Part shown: positions 1 through 9,216 of the stretch, piece after piece
Numbering within the stretch: position 1 is the first letter of the stretch
How the letters are laid out: each line of letters starts with the position of its first letter
Virus record (IMG/VR): IMGVR_UViG_3300032242_002920
Span: 1 to 64,000 of that record
Length of the DNA: 64,000 nt
Strand: one strand, 5' to 3'
Source of the DNA: a virus
Program-made: the position numbers and the translations under genes
Notes under the pieces: model-generated
The model's database searches: none
Told to the model about the DNA's origin: nothing
The model's input: only the letters and a program-made list of their open reading frames with translations

Positions 1-142
1 AAACCTTTACCCCGGCCCTATAAACCCCATAGTAAAGATATGGTAAAGGCTGAGGATCCTTTACCTCCCCTTTGAAGTTGGTGGATAGGGTAACCCCCGG
101 TTTCCTTTGATTCCCCCTAGACGGGGGTGTTCGCTTAGGAGC

Positions 143-246
143 GGGTCCCCTTTTGGAATAAATAAATGGGTCCCCTTTTGATGGTACCAAATATTTTGGG
201 TCCCTTAGGGTCCCATAAATAAAAAATAAAAAGTGGTTCCCTTAGG
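143..246. repeat. Short GGGTCCC-core direct repeats in homopolymer-rich window start
   Basis: GGGTCCCCTTTTG is identical at 143-155 and 168-180; GGGTCCC recurs at 198 and 208; GGTTCCCTTAGG at 235-246. Confidence 0.5.
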
Positions 247-496
247 CGGGTAGTTGGGCTTGGGCTTGTTCGCCCTCGCCACCTTCAAGGACAATGCTCA
301 TGTCAACACGGGGGTTGTTTTCGAGTGCCATCTTCAGGCCTTCGACAATTTGCCCAGCTTCCAGTCCTTGGTACACTTGTCCGTTGAATGTGACAGTGTA
401 GAGGGCTTGTGGTCCCCTAACGTCTTGGAAATTTACCCAACTTGGGATGTCTTCCATGCTTTCACGGATGATTTGTGCGTGTGAGCTATGCTCCAT
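242..496 (-). CDS. Hypothetical protein
   Basis: ORF from the second ATG (MEHSSH...), with CATAAT 4 nt upstream on the minus strand; the 3' end runs into low-complexity sequence. Confidence 0.5.
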   Translation of the reverse strand: MEHSSHAQIIRESMEDIPSWVNFQDVRGPQALYTVTFNGQVYQGLEAGQIVEGLKMALENNPRVDMSIVLEGGEGEQAQAQLPA

Positions 497-534
497 ACAC
501 ATTATGCCGCGTTTTGCGTGTAAAACAATAGGGC

Positions 535-563
535 TTGTGTTTTAAAACCTTTTGTGTTACAAT
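535..563 (+). promoter_or_regulatory. SigA-type promoter, leaderless start at ATG 570
   Basis: TTGTGT-N17-TACAAT with TG extension, 6 nt before the ATG. Confidence 0.6.
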
Positions 564-569
564 CGGATC

Positions 570-1088
570 ATGTCTATAAAGTTAACACAAAACAAATATG
601 ATGAAGTAGCAGATAAAATTGATTGCACTTGGGTTGATCCCTATCAGGGTGCCCATACGCCTTCAACAATTCGTTGTAACAAGTGCGAGTTTGAGTGGAA
701 GGTTCGCGTTTATGATGCACGACGGGCTTCTGGTTGTAAGAGATGCGGCCCTAAGCGCTTTAAGAATGATGAGCCTGCTTACTTGTACCTCATGGAAGAC
801 GGCAAGGGTGCGGTTAAGGTTGGCGTGACGGGTAAGTTCCAACGTCGTAATCGCATTTCAAAGCTGTCTGCTTATGGTTGGAAGCTTGTTGATTGTTGGG
901 AGTTTGACAGAGGTGAAGATGCTCACAAGGTTGAGCAGGAGATCCTTTCATGGTGGCGTAATGATTTGGACCTTCCTCCAGCCTATGAGGGTGAGTTCTC
1001 TAACGGCGTTAAAGGCGCTTCTGAGACAGTTGACACAAGTAAGATTTCAAAAGAAGAAATCATTAAGAGAATCGAAGGACTTATTTAA
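570..1088 (+). CDS. Zn-ribbon plus GIY-YIG/T5orf172-like nuclease (homing-endonuclease-like)
   Basis: CNKC...CKRC pairs, then YLYLM...VKVGVT...RISKL...AHKVEQEIL...GASETV. Confidence 0.7.
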   Translation: MSIKLTQNKYDEVADKIDCTWVDPYQGAHTPSTIRCNKCEFEWKVRVYDARRASGCKRCGPKRFKNDEPAYLYLMEDGKGAVKVGVTGKFQRRNRISKLSAYGWKLVDCWEFDRGEDAHKVEQEILSWWRNDLDLPPAYEGEFSNGVKGASETVDTSKISKEEIIKRIEGLI

Positions 1089-1276
1089 GTCGCGCCCAAT
1101 CATCCCGGATTGCTTGCAATCGTTTCAGGATTGCCTTCCGGGGTGACAAGCGTGAGGCTTGCGTTCCTTCAGATTGCTCTCAGCGTCATTTTAACAGCCT
1201 TCTGGCTAATTCTAATTAAATATTCGGGTGCAGGCAAGGTCCGAAGGGATAAATTTTTAAAACAAGGATTTTAAAC

Positions 1277-1438
1277 ATGATATACCATACTGAAGATAAA
1301 CAAAGTTTCATTTGGGTTTTTAATGATGAAGAAACCAAAGAGACAAGATTGCATTGGGGAACTTACGACAAAGGTACAAGGGCATACAAGGGAAGCGTAA
1401 CTCTACCCAAGAATACTGCAAAATTCTTTACTAAATAA
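1277..1438 (+). CDS. Small hypothetical protein (53 aa, not in ORF track)
   Basis: AAGGA SD, then MIYHTEDKQSFIWVF...AKFFTK*. Confidence 0.6.
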   Translation: MIYHTEDKQSFIWVFNDEETKETRLHWGTYDKGTRAYKGSVTLPKNTAKFFTK

Positions 1439-1549
1439 TGATTAGTTAAGAAAGCCTGTAAAATCGAAGGGGAATTTTTCTTTTTTAGGGGCTGCGCCAC
1501 TTTTCGACCGAAAACCTAATAAGATAGAAAGAACTAATAGTTAAATATT

Positions 1550-2776
1550 ATGGAAAATAAAGACGGATACGAGCTTGACCCGACTCTTGAAACGGTACTT
1601 GAAGAGCAAATGATTGAAGGTGGCGTTCCTGAAAGCGAAGTTGCTCCAAGCATTAAAGATATTGAAGAGGCTATGGACGAAAGGCTCAAGGAGAAGAAAG
1701 GCAATCAGGAATATGACGCCGAAGCGTATGCTAGTGTACCTGAGGAGTTTAATCAAAAGTTAATTGAACTTATGGGCCACATGCGAGCCGCAGGCGTTCC
1801 GCAAGAAACCATTATGTATGAGATTAGAGACCTCATCGACATTTATGTAAACTCAGCTACTAACAATATGGAAAGTAACAATCAGGTAATTAGCATGGAT
1901 AACAATTCAAAAGCCAGCAAGTACGATCACAAGTTTGAGGAGTACAAAGAGGAACTTCGTGCTAAAGGCAAGAAGAAGCATCATGGAGAAAAGGAGTCTA
2001 ATGTGAGTCTTGACCGTCAAACGATGCCAAATGAGCATCTTGGCTGGTATGCCGAAGATGATGACAATGCGGGTTACACCGACGAAGAACTTTATGCTAT
2101 TGATAATCCCGCCGAACCTTCTGCTGCTGAAAAGGTAGCCGAATATCTTGATAAGTATGACGAAGAGGGTAGCGAACTTTGGACCCATCTTTGGGAGGGC
2201 AGCCGCGCTCTTTCTAATGGAAACGTTGAAGACGGTTCCGCTCACTTGCGCATCCTTATTGAAATTTTCCAAAATCTTTTGGCTCAACTTGATCAGGGAC
2301 ATACTGCTAAGACTTCTGCCAGCGAGCCTATGGGACTTGATACAAAGGGATGGACTATTACTGATTATCAATGGGGTCAAACAAATCGTCCCGATTACCT
2401 TGAATATGTTTTGTTGGAGCATCCAACGCAGGGTTGGATTCAGGCCGATGGTATCGACATTGATTACGAAGGTGGAACCGTTAATTTCTCTACAGAAACA
2501 CACGGACTTCCTTCTGGTCCTTATGAAAACCTTGTTGACATTGATCGTGGAAACACTCAAGCATCATTTAAAACCGTTGGTTACTTTTCACCACAGAATG
2601 ATACCGACGTTCCTGATGTAACATTTGACGCACAGGATGCCCCATCAGATATCATTGATATTGTAAATTCATATGTTTCTGAGGATGAAAGCATCAACGA
2701 GGCAATTGATACTCATCTTGCCGAAAATCCGCCAGAGCCTGATTGGGACTCAATGCCCGGAGGGGCTGACTGGTAA
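1550..2776 (+). CDS. Acidic modular protein, candidate head-internal protein
   Basis: 408-aa acidic ORF with HTAKTSA and FKTVG motifs; possible internal start at 1895. Confidence 0.75.
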   Translation: MENKDGYELDPTLETVLEEQMIEGGVPESEVAPSIKDIEEAMDERLKEKKGNQEYDAEAYASVPEEFNQKLIELMGHMRAAGVPQETIMYEIRDLIDIYVNSATNNMESNNQVISMDNNSKASKYDHKFEEYKEELRAKGKKKHHGEKESNVSLDRQTMPNEHLGWYAEDDDNAGYTDEELYAIDNPAEPSAAEKVAEYLDKYDEEGSELWTHLWEGSRALSNGNVEDGSAHLRILIEIFQNLLAQLDQGHTAKTSASEPMGLDTKGWTITDYQWGQTNRPDYLEYVLLEHPTQGWIQADGIDIDYEGGTVNFSTETHGLPSGPYENLVDIDRGNTQASFKTVGYFSPQNDTDVPDVTFDAQDAPSDIIDIVNSYVSEDESINEAIDTHLAENPPEPDWDSMPGGADW

Positions 2777-3210
2777 TGGATGAAGGGCGTGAGTTCTACC
2801 AATCTGGGGGATTCACTAAAGGGCCAAACGGATGGCTCGTTTATGTTCAACCAGCAGGGGGTCAAAGGCCCCCTCAAGCGGGAGATTGGGCAGAAATCGT
2901 TCAGCGCACAAAGTCTTTTGCTCGTCCCGTTCCTGTTACTCTGGTAAATGATGTTGGAGGGGCTTGGACTTTCCGTAATGGTCATCATCCAGACGTTGCA
3001 GAACCTGTTACAGCGGCAGTAGAAGATTTTCCTCATCCGCATAGGCAGCCTGCAATGCAACCTAGAAAGCGAACTCGTCCCGGACAAGTTCCCGCTCCGC
3101 CAGCGCTTTGTTTATCACCAGTCGGTCAACAGCCTGAAGTATCACCTGAAGAAGAGCCACCAGAAGAGCCGCAGCAACAGCAACCTTGGTGGAAAAGATT
3201 AGGACCATGA
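2776..3210 (+). CDS. Hypothetical protein, Pro/Gln-rich C-terminus
   Basis: TAATG translational coupling to the upstream gene. Confidence 0.7.
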   Translation: MDEGREFYQSGGFTKGPNGWLVYVQPAGGQRPPQAGDWAEIVQRTKSFARPVPVTLVNDVGGAWTFRNGHHPDVAEPVTAAVEDFPHPHRQPAMQPRKRTRPGQVPAPPALCLSPVGQQPEVSPEEEPPEEPQQQQPWWKRLGP

Positions 3211-3346
3211 GACTGTTTAAAAGGTGTAAAGGTCTTATCAAGTATAATTCGGCTTATCTTGCTAACCAAGAAGCCGCTAATCATATTGGACGCTGGTCAT
3301 TTTATAAATGCAGGCGATGCAAAGTTTGGCATATAAAAGAGTATAA

Positions 3347-3373
3347 ATAAGGGCCGCATATAGCGGCCCTTAT
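3347..3373. terminator. Intrinsic terminator between convergent genes
   Basis: ATAAGGGCCGC-atata-GCGGCCCTTAT, 11-bp stem. Confidence 0.8.
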
Positions 3374-3393
3374 CATTTGCTATCTTGTATTGC

Positions 3394-4383
3394 TTATCGT
3401 ACTGGGCGAACGTCAATAATCTTGAAATCGCCAGCGGCGCTAGCTGATGCTGGGGCGACAATAACAGCGAGAGGAAGCTGATCCTTAAGAAGATCGGCAA
3501 ACCTAACTCCTGCCAAAGCTGCCTGAGTACCAGTAGCAGTGGCTGCGGTACCAGCGAGAACGCCGTAGGTAACCGAGTTTGGATTAGAAACGTCAACATA
3601 AAGAAGATCGTTCCTTAGCTTATTGGTAGTACCCGCAACTGCAAGGGCGCTTGTTGCATCCGCAGCAACGGCAATCGAATAAAGAGTCTGATTGTCAGCA
3701 TTACGAATTTCACCAACGCCAACCGAGATCTTTAGAGTGCTTGATGAGTAAGTACCAGCAGTTGCCTTAAGGCCAGTATTGACCTGAAGATCGCCGGGTG
3801 CACTTGTAAGGGCACCAGTATGGTAAACAGCACCAATTGATGAGTGATAGGCAAGCTCCTTAGCGGATACGGGATCATTTAGATCGACGTATACGTTTGA
3901 ATTAGACCTAACAACCTGCTTACCAATACGAACGGCCTGTGAGCGATTAAACGCACGGACTGGAAGGTAATCAGGGGTATCACGAACATCAGTACGAGGG
4001 CTGATAGTAGCAACAGTTGAATCAGAAACTGCAATTGTTGCAATTGGGAACTGTGACGATGACCCAATGGCGGGAGCAACAGCGGTTGCGGCTGTAAGAA
4101 CAGGCGTACCGGTGATGATCTTAAATGGAGCAGTTGCAAGTGTGCTTGTATCAACAACTACAAGATCAATACGCTTATAACCAGTTGAAGCGTAAGCAAT
4201 AACTCCTGAAATGGCAGCGCCTACAACAGAGGTGTAAGCAGAGTTGCCATAAGTTGTGGTACCCGGAGTACGAGTCCGATATACACCAGATGATACTGTT
4301 ACGGTATCGTTTGTATTAGTTGTGGTGCCTTGAGTAACCTCAAAACCACCAATAATATCATAGCTAGTATTTGCTAAAGACAT
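3394..4383 (-). CDS. Putative virion structural protein with an internally duplicated domain
   Basis: Thr/Ala/Val-rich; two repeats of R-x-D-L...G-T...P-[IL]-A...D-V-R; AAAGGA SD; own terminator. Confidence 0.7.
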   Translation of the reverse strand: MSLANTSYDIIGGFEVTQGTTTNTNDTVTVSSGVYRTRTPGTTTYGNSAYTSVVGAAISGVIAYASTGYKRIDLVVVDTSTLATAPFKIITGTPVLTAATAVAPAIGSSSQFPIATIAVSDSTVATISPRTDVRDTPDYLPVRAFNRSQAVRIGKQVVRSNSNVYVDLNDPVSAKELAYHSSIGAVYHTGALTSAPGDLQVNTGLKATAGTYSSSTLKISVGVGEIRNADNQTLYSIAVAADATSALAVAGTTNKLRNDLLYVDVSNPNSVTYGVLAGTAATATGTQAALAGVRFADLLKDQLPLAVIVAPASASAAGDFKIIDVRPVR

Positions 4384-4480
4384 TTAACATATTTCCTTTA
4401 TTTATGTAATTGGCCTTCCGAAGCAATCTCCGGTTGGTTGTTCCAATTACTATTTGTATAGATTAACCATGCTAAATTAA

Positions 4481-4840
4481 TTAAAATGTAGCAGGCTCTC
4501 GAAGACGATCTTCAAGTGGTTTAATGTGGGTGACGAGGACCGTAATGCCTTCGTCAGCAAATCGGGTTGCTTCACTAACTGCACCCGTTTCACTATCAGC
4601 CCAAATAAAAACTCTTTTGGAATGTTTGATAGGGTCAATACCCTTACGGGTATAAATATCAACAGCCCATAAATCACAAAATTTACCGCGTTCATTTTGA
4701 ACTTGATTTGCACAATGAGTAAAGGTGTGTTCACCAGCCCAATATGGCTTGTTTAAAACATGAACGGATCCGCCTTGACCAGATCTTACGAGTTCTGCAA
4801 ACCCGTTTAAATCATTTTCACTTGACTTCCGAATATTCAT
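4481..4840 (-). CDS. Hypothetical protein
   Basis: Overlapping member of the minus-strand operon. Confidence 0.7.
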   Translation of the reverse strand: MNIRKSSENDLNGFAELVRSGQGGSVHVLNKPYWAGEHTFTHCANQVQNERGKFCDLWAVDIYTRKGIDPIKHSKRVFIWADSETGAVSEATRFADEGITVLVTHIKPLEDRLREPATF

Positions 4841-5069
4841 TCCGCAATCCTTCTAGATCAGTAACATTAAGATCGTGCTTAACTCGATAAATAATACGAG
4901 CTACCTTTGCAATCATATCACCATCGCCGTGAGCAAAATCTTCTGAACGAATCATTGCATCAGCAATAGCAAGCAACGCCTCGGTATCAACTGAGGCAAG
5001 ATCAAGACGAGCCTTTTTAAGGTCCTCTGGATCAATAAACTTCTTTCCCAACGCGTACTTGTAATTCAT
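4818..5069 (-). CDS. Hypothetical protein
   Basis: GAAAGGA SD; operon position. Confidence 0.75.
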   Translation of the reverse strand: MNYKYALGKKFIDPEDLKKARLDLASVDTEALLAIADAMIRSEDFAHGDGDMIAKVARIIYRVKHDLNVTDLEGLRNEYSEVK

Positions 5070-5081
5070 TTCGTTTCCTTT

Positions 5082-5756
5082 CTAAGGGGCTATAAAGCCG
5101 TTATATTCAAATGCTTCTGCTGTGGCGGGCATAACCTCGGCCCAAAGCTCATAAAGCGCCTCAGCATACGCTCTAATTTCGTACATGGCACTGGATGCCA
5201 TTCGCAACTCTAAGAAATTCATAAGACTTCTAGCGTTGCAACTAAAGTAAAATTCTGTATAAGTATTAAGTGGCAGCACAATTCTTGCCTGCTCCTTAGC
5301 AATTCCTGCCTCAAGCAAATCTTGATAATGCTTGTAAGCATTCTTAGAATGCAGCATAACTGAACTTCTTACATGATCAGTTTGAAAATCATCTCCGTCT
5401 TCAAAGCTATAAGACCCCGGCTTTCCTTCCTGAGTCCTAGCTATTTCAGGAATATAAAAATCTGGTCTTAATTCAACATATCTACCCGATTCTTCATTGT
5501 ATGAAAAACCAATGCGATGTCTTTCCCATTCACGAACAACAAAGATTGGTGCGCGTACATGAAACTTGAAATAGTTGTGTTCAAATGGACTACCGTGTTG
5601 TTCACGCATTAGAAAACCAAGAACGCGTTTTTCCTCATCGCCAAAACCGTCTGACTGCTTGGCAAATGACACTTTAGCGGCATTAACTACACTTAGGTCC
5701 GAACCGCTGTGATTTTCTAAATCTACCCATCCATGTGGGGGAAATACTTTAATCAT
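5082..5756 (-). CDS. thyX: Flavin-dependent thymidylate synthase
   Basis: HGSPFEH, RHRIGFSYNEESGRY signature, KEQARIVLP, NARSLMNFLELR, AMYEIR. Confidence 0.97.
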   Translation of the reverse strand: MIKVFPPHGWVDLENHSGSDLSVVNAAKVSFAKQSDGFGDEEKRVLGFLMREQHGSPFEHNYFKFHVRAPIFVVREWERHRIGFSYNEESGRYVELRPDFYIPEIARTQEGKPGSYSFEDGDDFQTDHVRSSVMLHSKNAYKHYQDLLEAGIAKEQARIVLPLNTYTEFYFSCNARSLMNFLELRMASSAMYEIRAYAEALYELWAEVMPATAEAFEYNGFIAP

Positions 5757-5985
5757 TTTGTTTTATTCCCATCATTGTCCATATTAATGAACTTATTATA
5801 CCAGAGGCTGCCGAAAACCACAAGTTTAATGTTAAATCAGTTATTGAATATAATACAAGCATACTGCCCGTGATTAAACAAGTGCTTCGTGGCGGATATC
5901 TTTTTTCAAAAATAGCAGGAAGAAGCGCTATCGTAAAAATGATAGAACCCACTGTAAAAACAATATCTTGCCAATGTTCAATCAT
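5749..5985 (-). CDS. Small membrane protein with about 3 TM segments (PQ-loop/SemiSWEET-like)
   Basis: Start at MIEHWQ with AAAGG SD; three hydrophobic segments; LLPAI. Confidence 0.6.
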   Translation of the reverse strand: MIEHWQDIVFTVGSIIFTIALLPAIFEKRYPPRSTCLITGSMLVLYSITDLTLNLWFSAASGIISSLIWTMMGIKQND

Positions 5986-6241
5986 ATACCTTTGAAATGG
6001 CTTGTCGAACGCTATGGATCTCTTCCATAACTTTATCATCTTTGGCATCTTGCGCAATTGTATAAGCTTGCCCAAGGCCTTGAATAATATCGTTCATTTC
6101 AACTAATTGATTACTATGTGGGGTTTTAATACGAGCGGCATCAAGGTCTGAGCAAATGCTTACCGTAACCTTTTCGGTCTTTGACTGCATTGAAAAACAA
6201 AGCCCCTTGTTATTGATATAATTACGAAGTCTTTTGAACAT
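5978..6241 (-). CDS. Hypothetical protein
   Basis: GAAAGGA SD; overlaps the next gene. Confidence 0.7.
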   Translation of the reverse strand: MFKRLRNYINNKGLCFSMQSKTEKVTVSICSDLDAARIKTPHSNQLVEMNDIIQGLGQAYTIAQDAKDDKVMEEIHSVRQAISKVYD

Positions 6242-6315
6242 ACTGTCCTTTCATTGGTTAGTTTTAAAATGATATCACATCCTATCGAATGCGTCAATCC
6301 TTGTACTTAATTCGT

Positions 6316-6807
6316 ATGAGCAAATGGAATTTAAGCCATAGGCCCGATGCCGATTGGGGAGAGGACGATTCTTCAGGCAAGGCCGTACAACCAGATCATT
6401 ATCCAAACATAGCTCGCCCCGGCGGAGGGTATCCAGAGGGCAAGGGTCATAAGACTGATGCCTTTTGTAATAAGTGTAAGGATCAACTTGTTGACGGCTC
6501 ATGTTTGCGCTGCGATTGGGGTCCACAAAATCGTTCTGTTCCCGTTAAAAATTTCCCACTTGATCCATTTGAGGATGATAAAGCAGGCATTCGTGCCGGT
6601 AAATTTGTACCAACTGAGCATGGTGAACCAATTAATAAAGATGAATTTGGACCAGACGATTGGTATTACGAAATCGACACTAAATATAATCCGCCTAAAT
6701 TTTGGATTATGTATCCCGCACAAAATGCCGGTAGATTAATTACTAAAGAAGAGTTAGACCGAAAACTATCAGAAGATTCCGGTCAATTGTCTCTTTGGAA
6801 TTTTTAA
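6316..6807 (+). CDS. Hypothetical protein with Zn-ribbon (CNKC...CLRC), oriented opposite to its neighbours
   Basis: Start chosen at MSKWN behind a TAAT-N4-ATG motif. Confidence 0.65.
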   Translation: MSKWNLSHRPDADWGEDDSSGKAVQPDHYPNIARPGGGYPEGKGHKTDAFCNKCKDQLVDGSCLRCDWGPQNRSVPVKNFPLDPFEDDKAGIRAGKFVPTEHGEPINKDEFGPDDWYYEIDTKYNPPKFWIMYPAQNAGRLITKEELDRKLSEDSGQLSLWNF

Positions 6808-7223
6808 TAACCCTCTTTAGTAGGCCAAAAGTATGGAAGTTCTGGAAGATCGTTCCAAAACTGTTCATACCAAGTAGGCTCCTTATGAAATAAGTTTGAG
6901 CGATGTGATTTGTGAATGCGTTCATCGCCCCACCATGCAGGTAGATTGTTATCTGCGCCAAATGCTGCAATGCGACCCTCAAGGTCGGTATTGTCAGCGC
7001 CATCACGCAAACGCCATTCACGACAAATGGCAAGGCTGTAAGAAACGAGACCGCCGACGTGACCGCGCCACATATGAACAGCAGGATGATTTTGCCAACC
7101 GTAAGTGTCATCGGTAATAGCGCGTAGAATCTGAAATGATTCAATACGCTGTTTGTTGAGCCGCTTGTTGTCTAGAACCTCAGCACAAAGTTTAAAATCA
7201 TCATATGGTACAAATGTTTGCAT
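6804..7223 (-). CDS. Pyrimidine dimer DNA glycosylase/endonuclease V family (MSMEG_6728-like)
   Basis: MQTFVPY...LDNKRLNKQRIE..QIL...GWQNHPAVHMWRG...HKSHRSNL...LPYFWP. Confidence 0.92.
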   Translation of the reverse strand: MQTFVPYDDFKLCAEVLDNKRLNKQRIESFQILRAITDDTYGWQNHPAVHMWRGHVGGLVSYSLAICREWRLRDGADNTDLEGRIAAFGADNNLPAWWGDERIHKSHRSNLFHKEPTWYEQFWNDLPELPYFWPTKEGY

Positions 7224-7225
7224 TA

Positions 7226-7417
7226 TTAGCCTTCTGTAGGAGGTGTAACCATTTCAATTGTAGCAGATTGAACGAGCCTATTAGCAAGACGTTGAGCGTC
7301 TGACTTTTTAATACCATCGCCCTGATATACTCTGCGTCCATCTTCTCCAATAACCGCCCAGCGGCTACCATCGTCTTTTGGACCCTTTTCCTTAAATGCT
7401 ACCTTCTTCTTTTTCAT
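7226..7417 (-). CDS. Small basic hypothetical protein
   Basis: AAAGGA SD; first gene after the leftward promoter. Confidence 0.75.
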   Translation of the reverse strand: MKKKKVAFKEKGPKDDGSRWAVIGEDGRRVYQGDGIKKSDAQRLANRLVQSATIEMVTPPTEG

Positions 7418-7463
7418 ATTCCGTCCTTTATTATATATGGAGACCTTTTAAGGTCATTTCGTC

Positions 7464-7525
7464 ATTATACACATTTTGACGCAAATTACAAGTCGATTGT
7501 AATTTTAACAAACATCTGATATGAT
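7464..7525. promoter_or_regulatory. Back-to-back divergent SigA-type promoters
   Basis: Plus strand: TTGTAA(7497)-N17-TATGAT with TG extension. Minus strand: TTGTAA(7491)-N16-TATAAT. The two -35 boxes lie in the inverted repeat AAATTACAA-gtcga-TTGTAATTT. Confidence 0.75.
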
Positions 7526-7572
7526 GTAAGACGCCATCAATATGGCATGTAATTTATAAAGAAAGAGAAGAT

Positions 7573-7890
7573 ATGTTTGATAGTACAGTAGAACTTATTG
7601 GAGCATCCGTTGGTGCCGTTGAAACTGAAACCGGCAAGGAAGGCGTTCTTGAACTTGTTCTTGTAAGCGGACTTACTTTCCCAATTCAGGGACCAGATGG
7701 TAACCCTCTTCGCGTTCCAAGTGGGCAGTATCGTTTCCAGCTTACCAAGAGTCAGGCTCTTGAGTTCTTTAACAAGGTTAAGGAAACTGCTGATGATCTT
7801 CCTGAGGGTAGCAATTTAGTCGTGCCTACAAGTCAGGACGAAGTAGACAAGGTTGTTAAGACAATCGAGGAGATCAAGAAGGATGGATAA
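7573..7890 (+). CDS. Hypothetical protein
   Basis: Purine-rich SD; first gene of the rightward operon. Confidence 0.8.
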   Translation: MFDSTVELIGASVGAVETETGKEGVLELVLVSGLTFPIQGPDGNPLRVPSGQYRFQLTKSQALEFFNKVKETADDLPEGSNLVVPTSQDEVDKVVKTIEEIKKDG

Positions 7891-8155
7891 CGAAACTAAG
7901 GCGATTATTAGAACGCTTGAATTAGGCAACGAGTCTAAGGCTCAAGAGTTATCAATTGCTTATCAAAGAATCGTTGACCTTGAGCAGCAGGTGGCCGATC
8001 TGACAGGATCGGATCCCGCTTATATTACTAATGAATCTCAAGTAGATTTTATCAAGCGTATTGCGGCTTCAAGTTCTAAGTTTGCAAAAGAAGCTCAGGA
8101 CATTATTGACGCAATTGATAATCCCCCTGCACCTACGCCAGATCCAAATGCCTAA
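7883..8155 (+). CDS. Hypothetical coiled-coil protein
   Basis: Start MDNETK, 8-nt overlap with the upstream gene. Confidence 0.75.
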   Translation: MDNETKAIIRTLELGNESKAQELSIAYQRIVDLEQQVADLTGSDPAYITNESQVDFIKRIAASSSKFAKEAQDIIDAIDNPPAPTPDPNA

Positions 8156-8327
8156 GTTTCCACCTAAAGTTATTAAGATTGCAAATTGCGAAGATTGTAG
8201 CTTGACAATTAGAGAAGGAATTTCTACTTGTCAAAACTGTGGGTCTAGAGATTTTCAGACCCACAGTTACATTCTTGAATCTTTAGTAAAAAATGAATTA
8301 AAAGATAGTGAGTTATCAATTGCATAA
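8148..8327 (+). CDS. Small Zn-ribbon protein
   Basis: MPKFPP...CEDC...CQNCGS; 8-nt overlap. Confidence 0.7.
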   Translation: MPKFPPKVIKIANCEDCSLTIREGISTCQNCGSRDFQTHSYILESLVKNELKDSELSIA

Positions 8328-8559
8328 TAACGCCAAATCATTTAATTGCCTTGAATGTCAAGGTGACTTGGTACCTGTATCAAAAGATGTACAGTTTAAA
8401 CAAGCATATGATTACAAGCTCACAACTATATATTATTATTATAAATGTGTCGATTGTAAGAAAATGTTTGATGAGCGAATTAGTTCTACTGGACTAAGAC
8501 ATCTCTCTATAGCAAATAGAGAGAAGGCAGAAAAGCTAGCAGTTCAGCCGCTTAATTAG
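8308..8559 (+). CDS. Small Zn-ribbon protein
   Basis: CLEC...CVDC. Confidence 0.65.
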   Translation: MSYQLHNNAKSFNCLECQGDLVPVSKDVQFKQAYDYKLTTIYYYYKCVDCKKMFDERISSTGLRHLSIANREKAEKLAVQPLN

Positions 8560-8560
8560 T

Positions 8561-8848
8561 ATGAAACACATTCCAGAAGAAAGTCGGATTTATCGGAGTT
8601 GGAGTTATGATCCTCATTTAGATGAGGCATCAATTGACTCTAGAAACGAATCGGATCAAAATGGATATGTTTATCGTATTGATGGCGGTTGGCGGCTAAC
8701 TGATAAGGATCATAATGCAGTTGATGATCCCTACATCGTAAGAAAAGTAATGGATTCTCTTAGGGGCGATCAGCCCGCGCCAGAGGGTCCAAATGATTAT
8801 AATTTTGAAAAACTACACTATGGGCGACCATTGCCCATGAAAGGATAG
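8561..8848 (+). CDS. Hypothetical protein
   Basis: Contiguous ORF preceded by TAAT-N4-ATG. Confidence 0.7.
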   Translation: MKHIPEESRIYRSWSYDPHLDEASIDSRNESDQNGYVYRIDGGWRLTDKDHNAVDDPYIVRKVMDSLRGDQPAPEGPNDYNFEKLHYGRPLPMKG

Positions 8849-8850
8849 TA

Positions 8851-9216
8851 ATGTCTAAGTTAGGTAGAAAGATTACTGATTTATCCGCAGAAATTTGCGA
8901 TATTTCAGATGAAAAGGGTTTTTGGGACATTGAGGACATCAGCGAATTTGCCATTGTTCCAATTAAACTTGCCCTTATTGGGGATGAAGTAAGCGAAGCT
9001 CTCAAGGTTCATCGTGAAGAGTATGAGGGTGTTGAAGGTCCTATGCTTAATCACATGACCGAGCAGCAGGAGAAAGATTTTACAGAGGAGCTTGCGGATA
9101 TTGTTATTCGCACCCTTGACCTCGCTGGCGGCCTTGGCCTTGATATCGGTCATTCAATTACCGATAAAATTAAGAAGAATAAGAAGCGCCCGCACAGGCA
9201 CGGTAAGAGGTACTAA
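8851..9216 (+). CDS. MazG-like nucleotide pyrophosphohydrolase
   Basis: KGFW...KLALIGDEVSEAL...EELADIVIRTLDL...KNKKRPHRHGKRY. Confidence 0.9.
   Translation: MSKLGRKITDLSAEICDISDEKGFWDIEDISEFAIVPIKLALIGDEVSEALKVHREEYEGVEGPMLNHMTEQQEKDFTEELADIVIRTLDLAGGLGLDIGHSITDKIKKNKKRPHRHGKRY

Noticed and set aside
143-246. CRISPR array
   Set aside because: Repeats are only 7-13 nt, irregularly spaced, and there are no cas genes
1089-1200. Hammerhead ribozyme or glycine/TPP riboswitch
   Set aside because: CUGANGA plus GAAA and the riboswitch cores are not matched
5082-9216. thyX, DenV-like and MazG genes as a novel system
   Set aside because: These are common phage accessory genes
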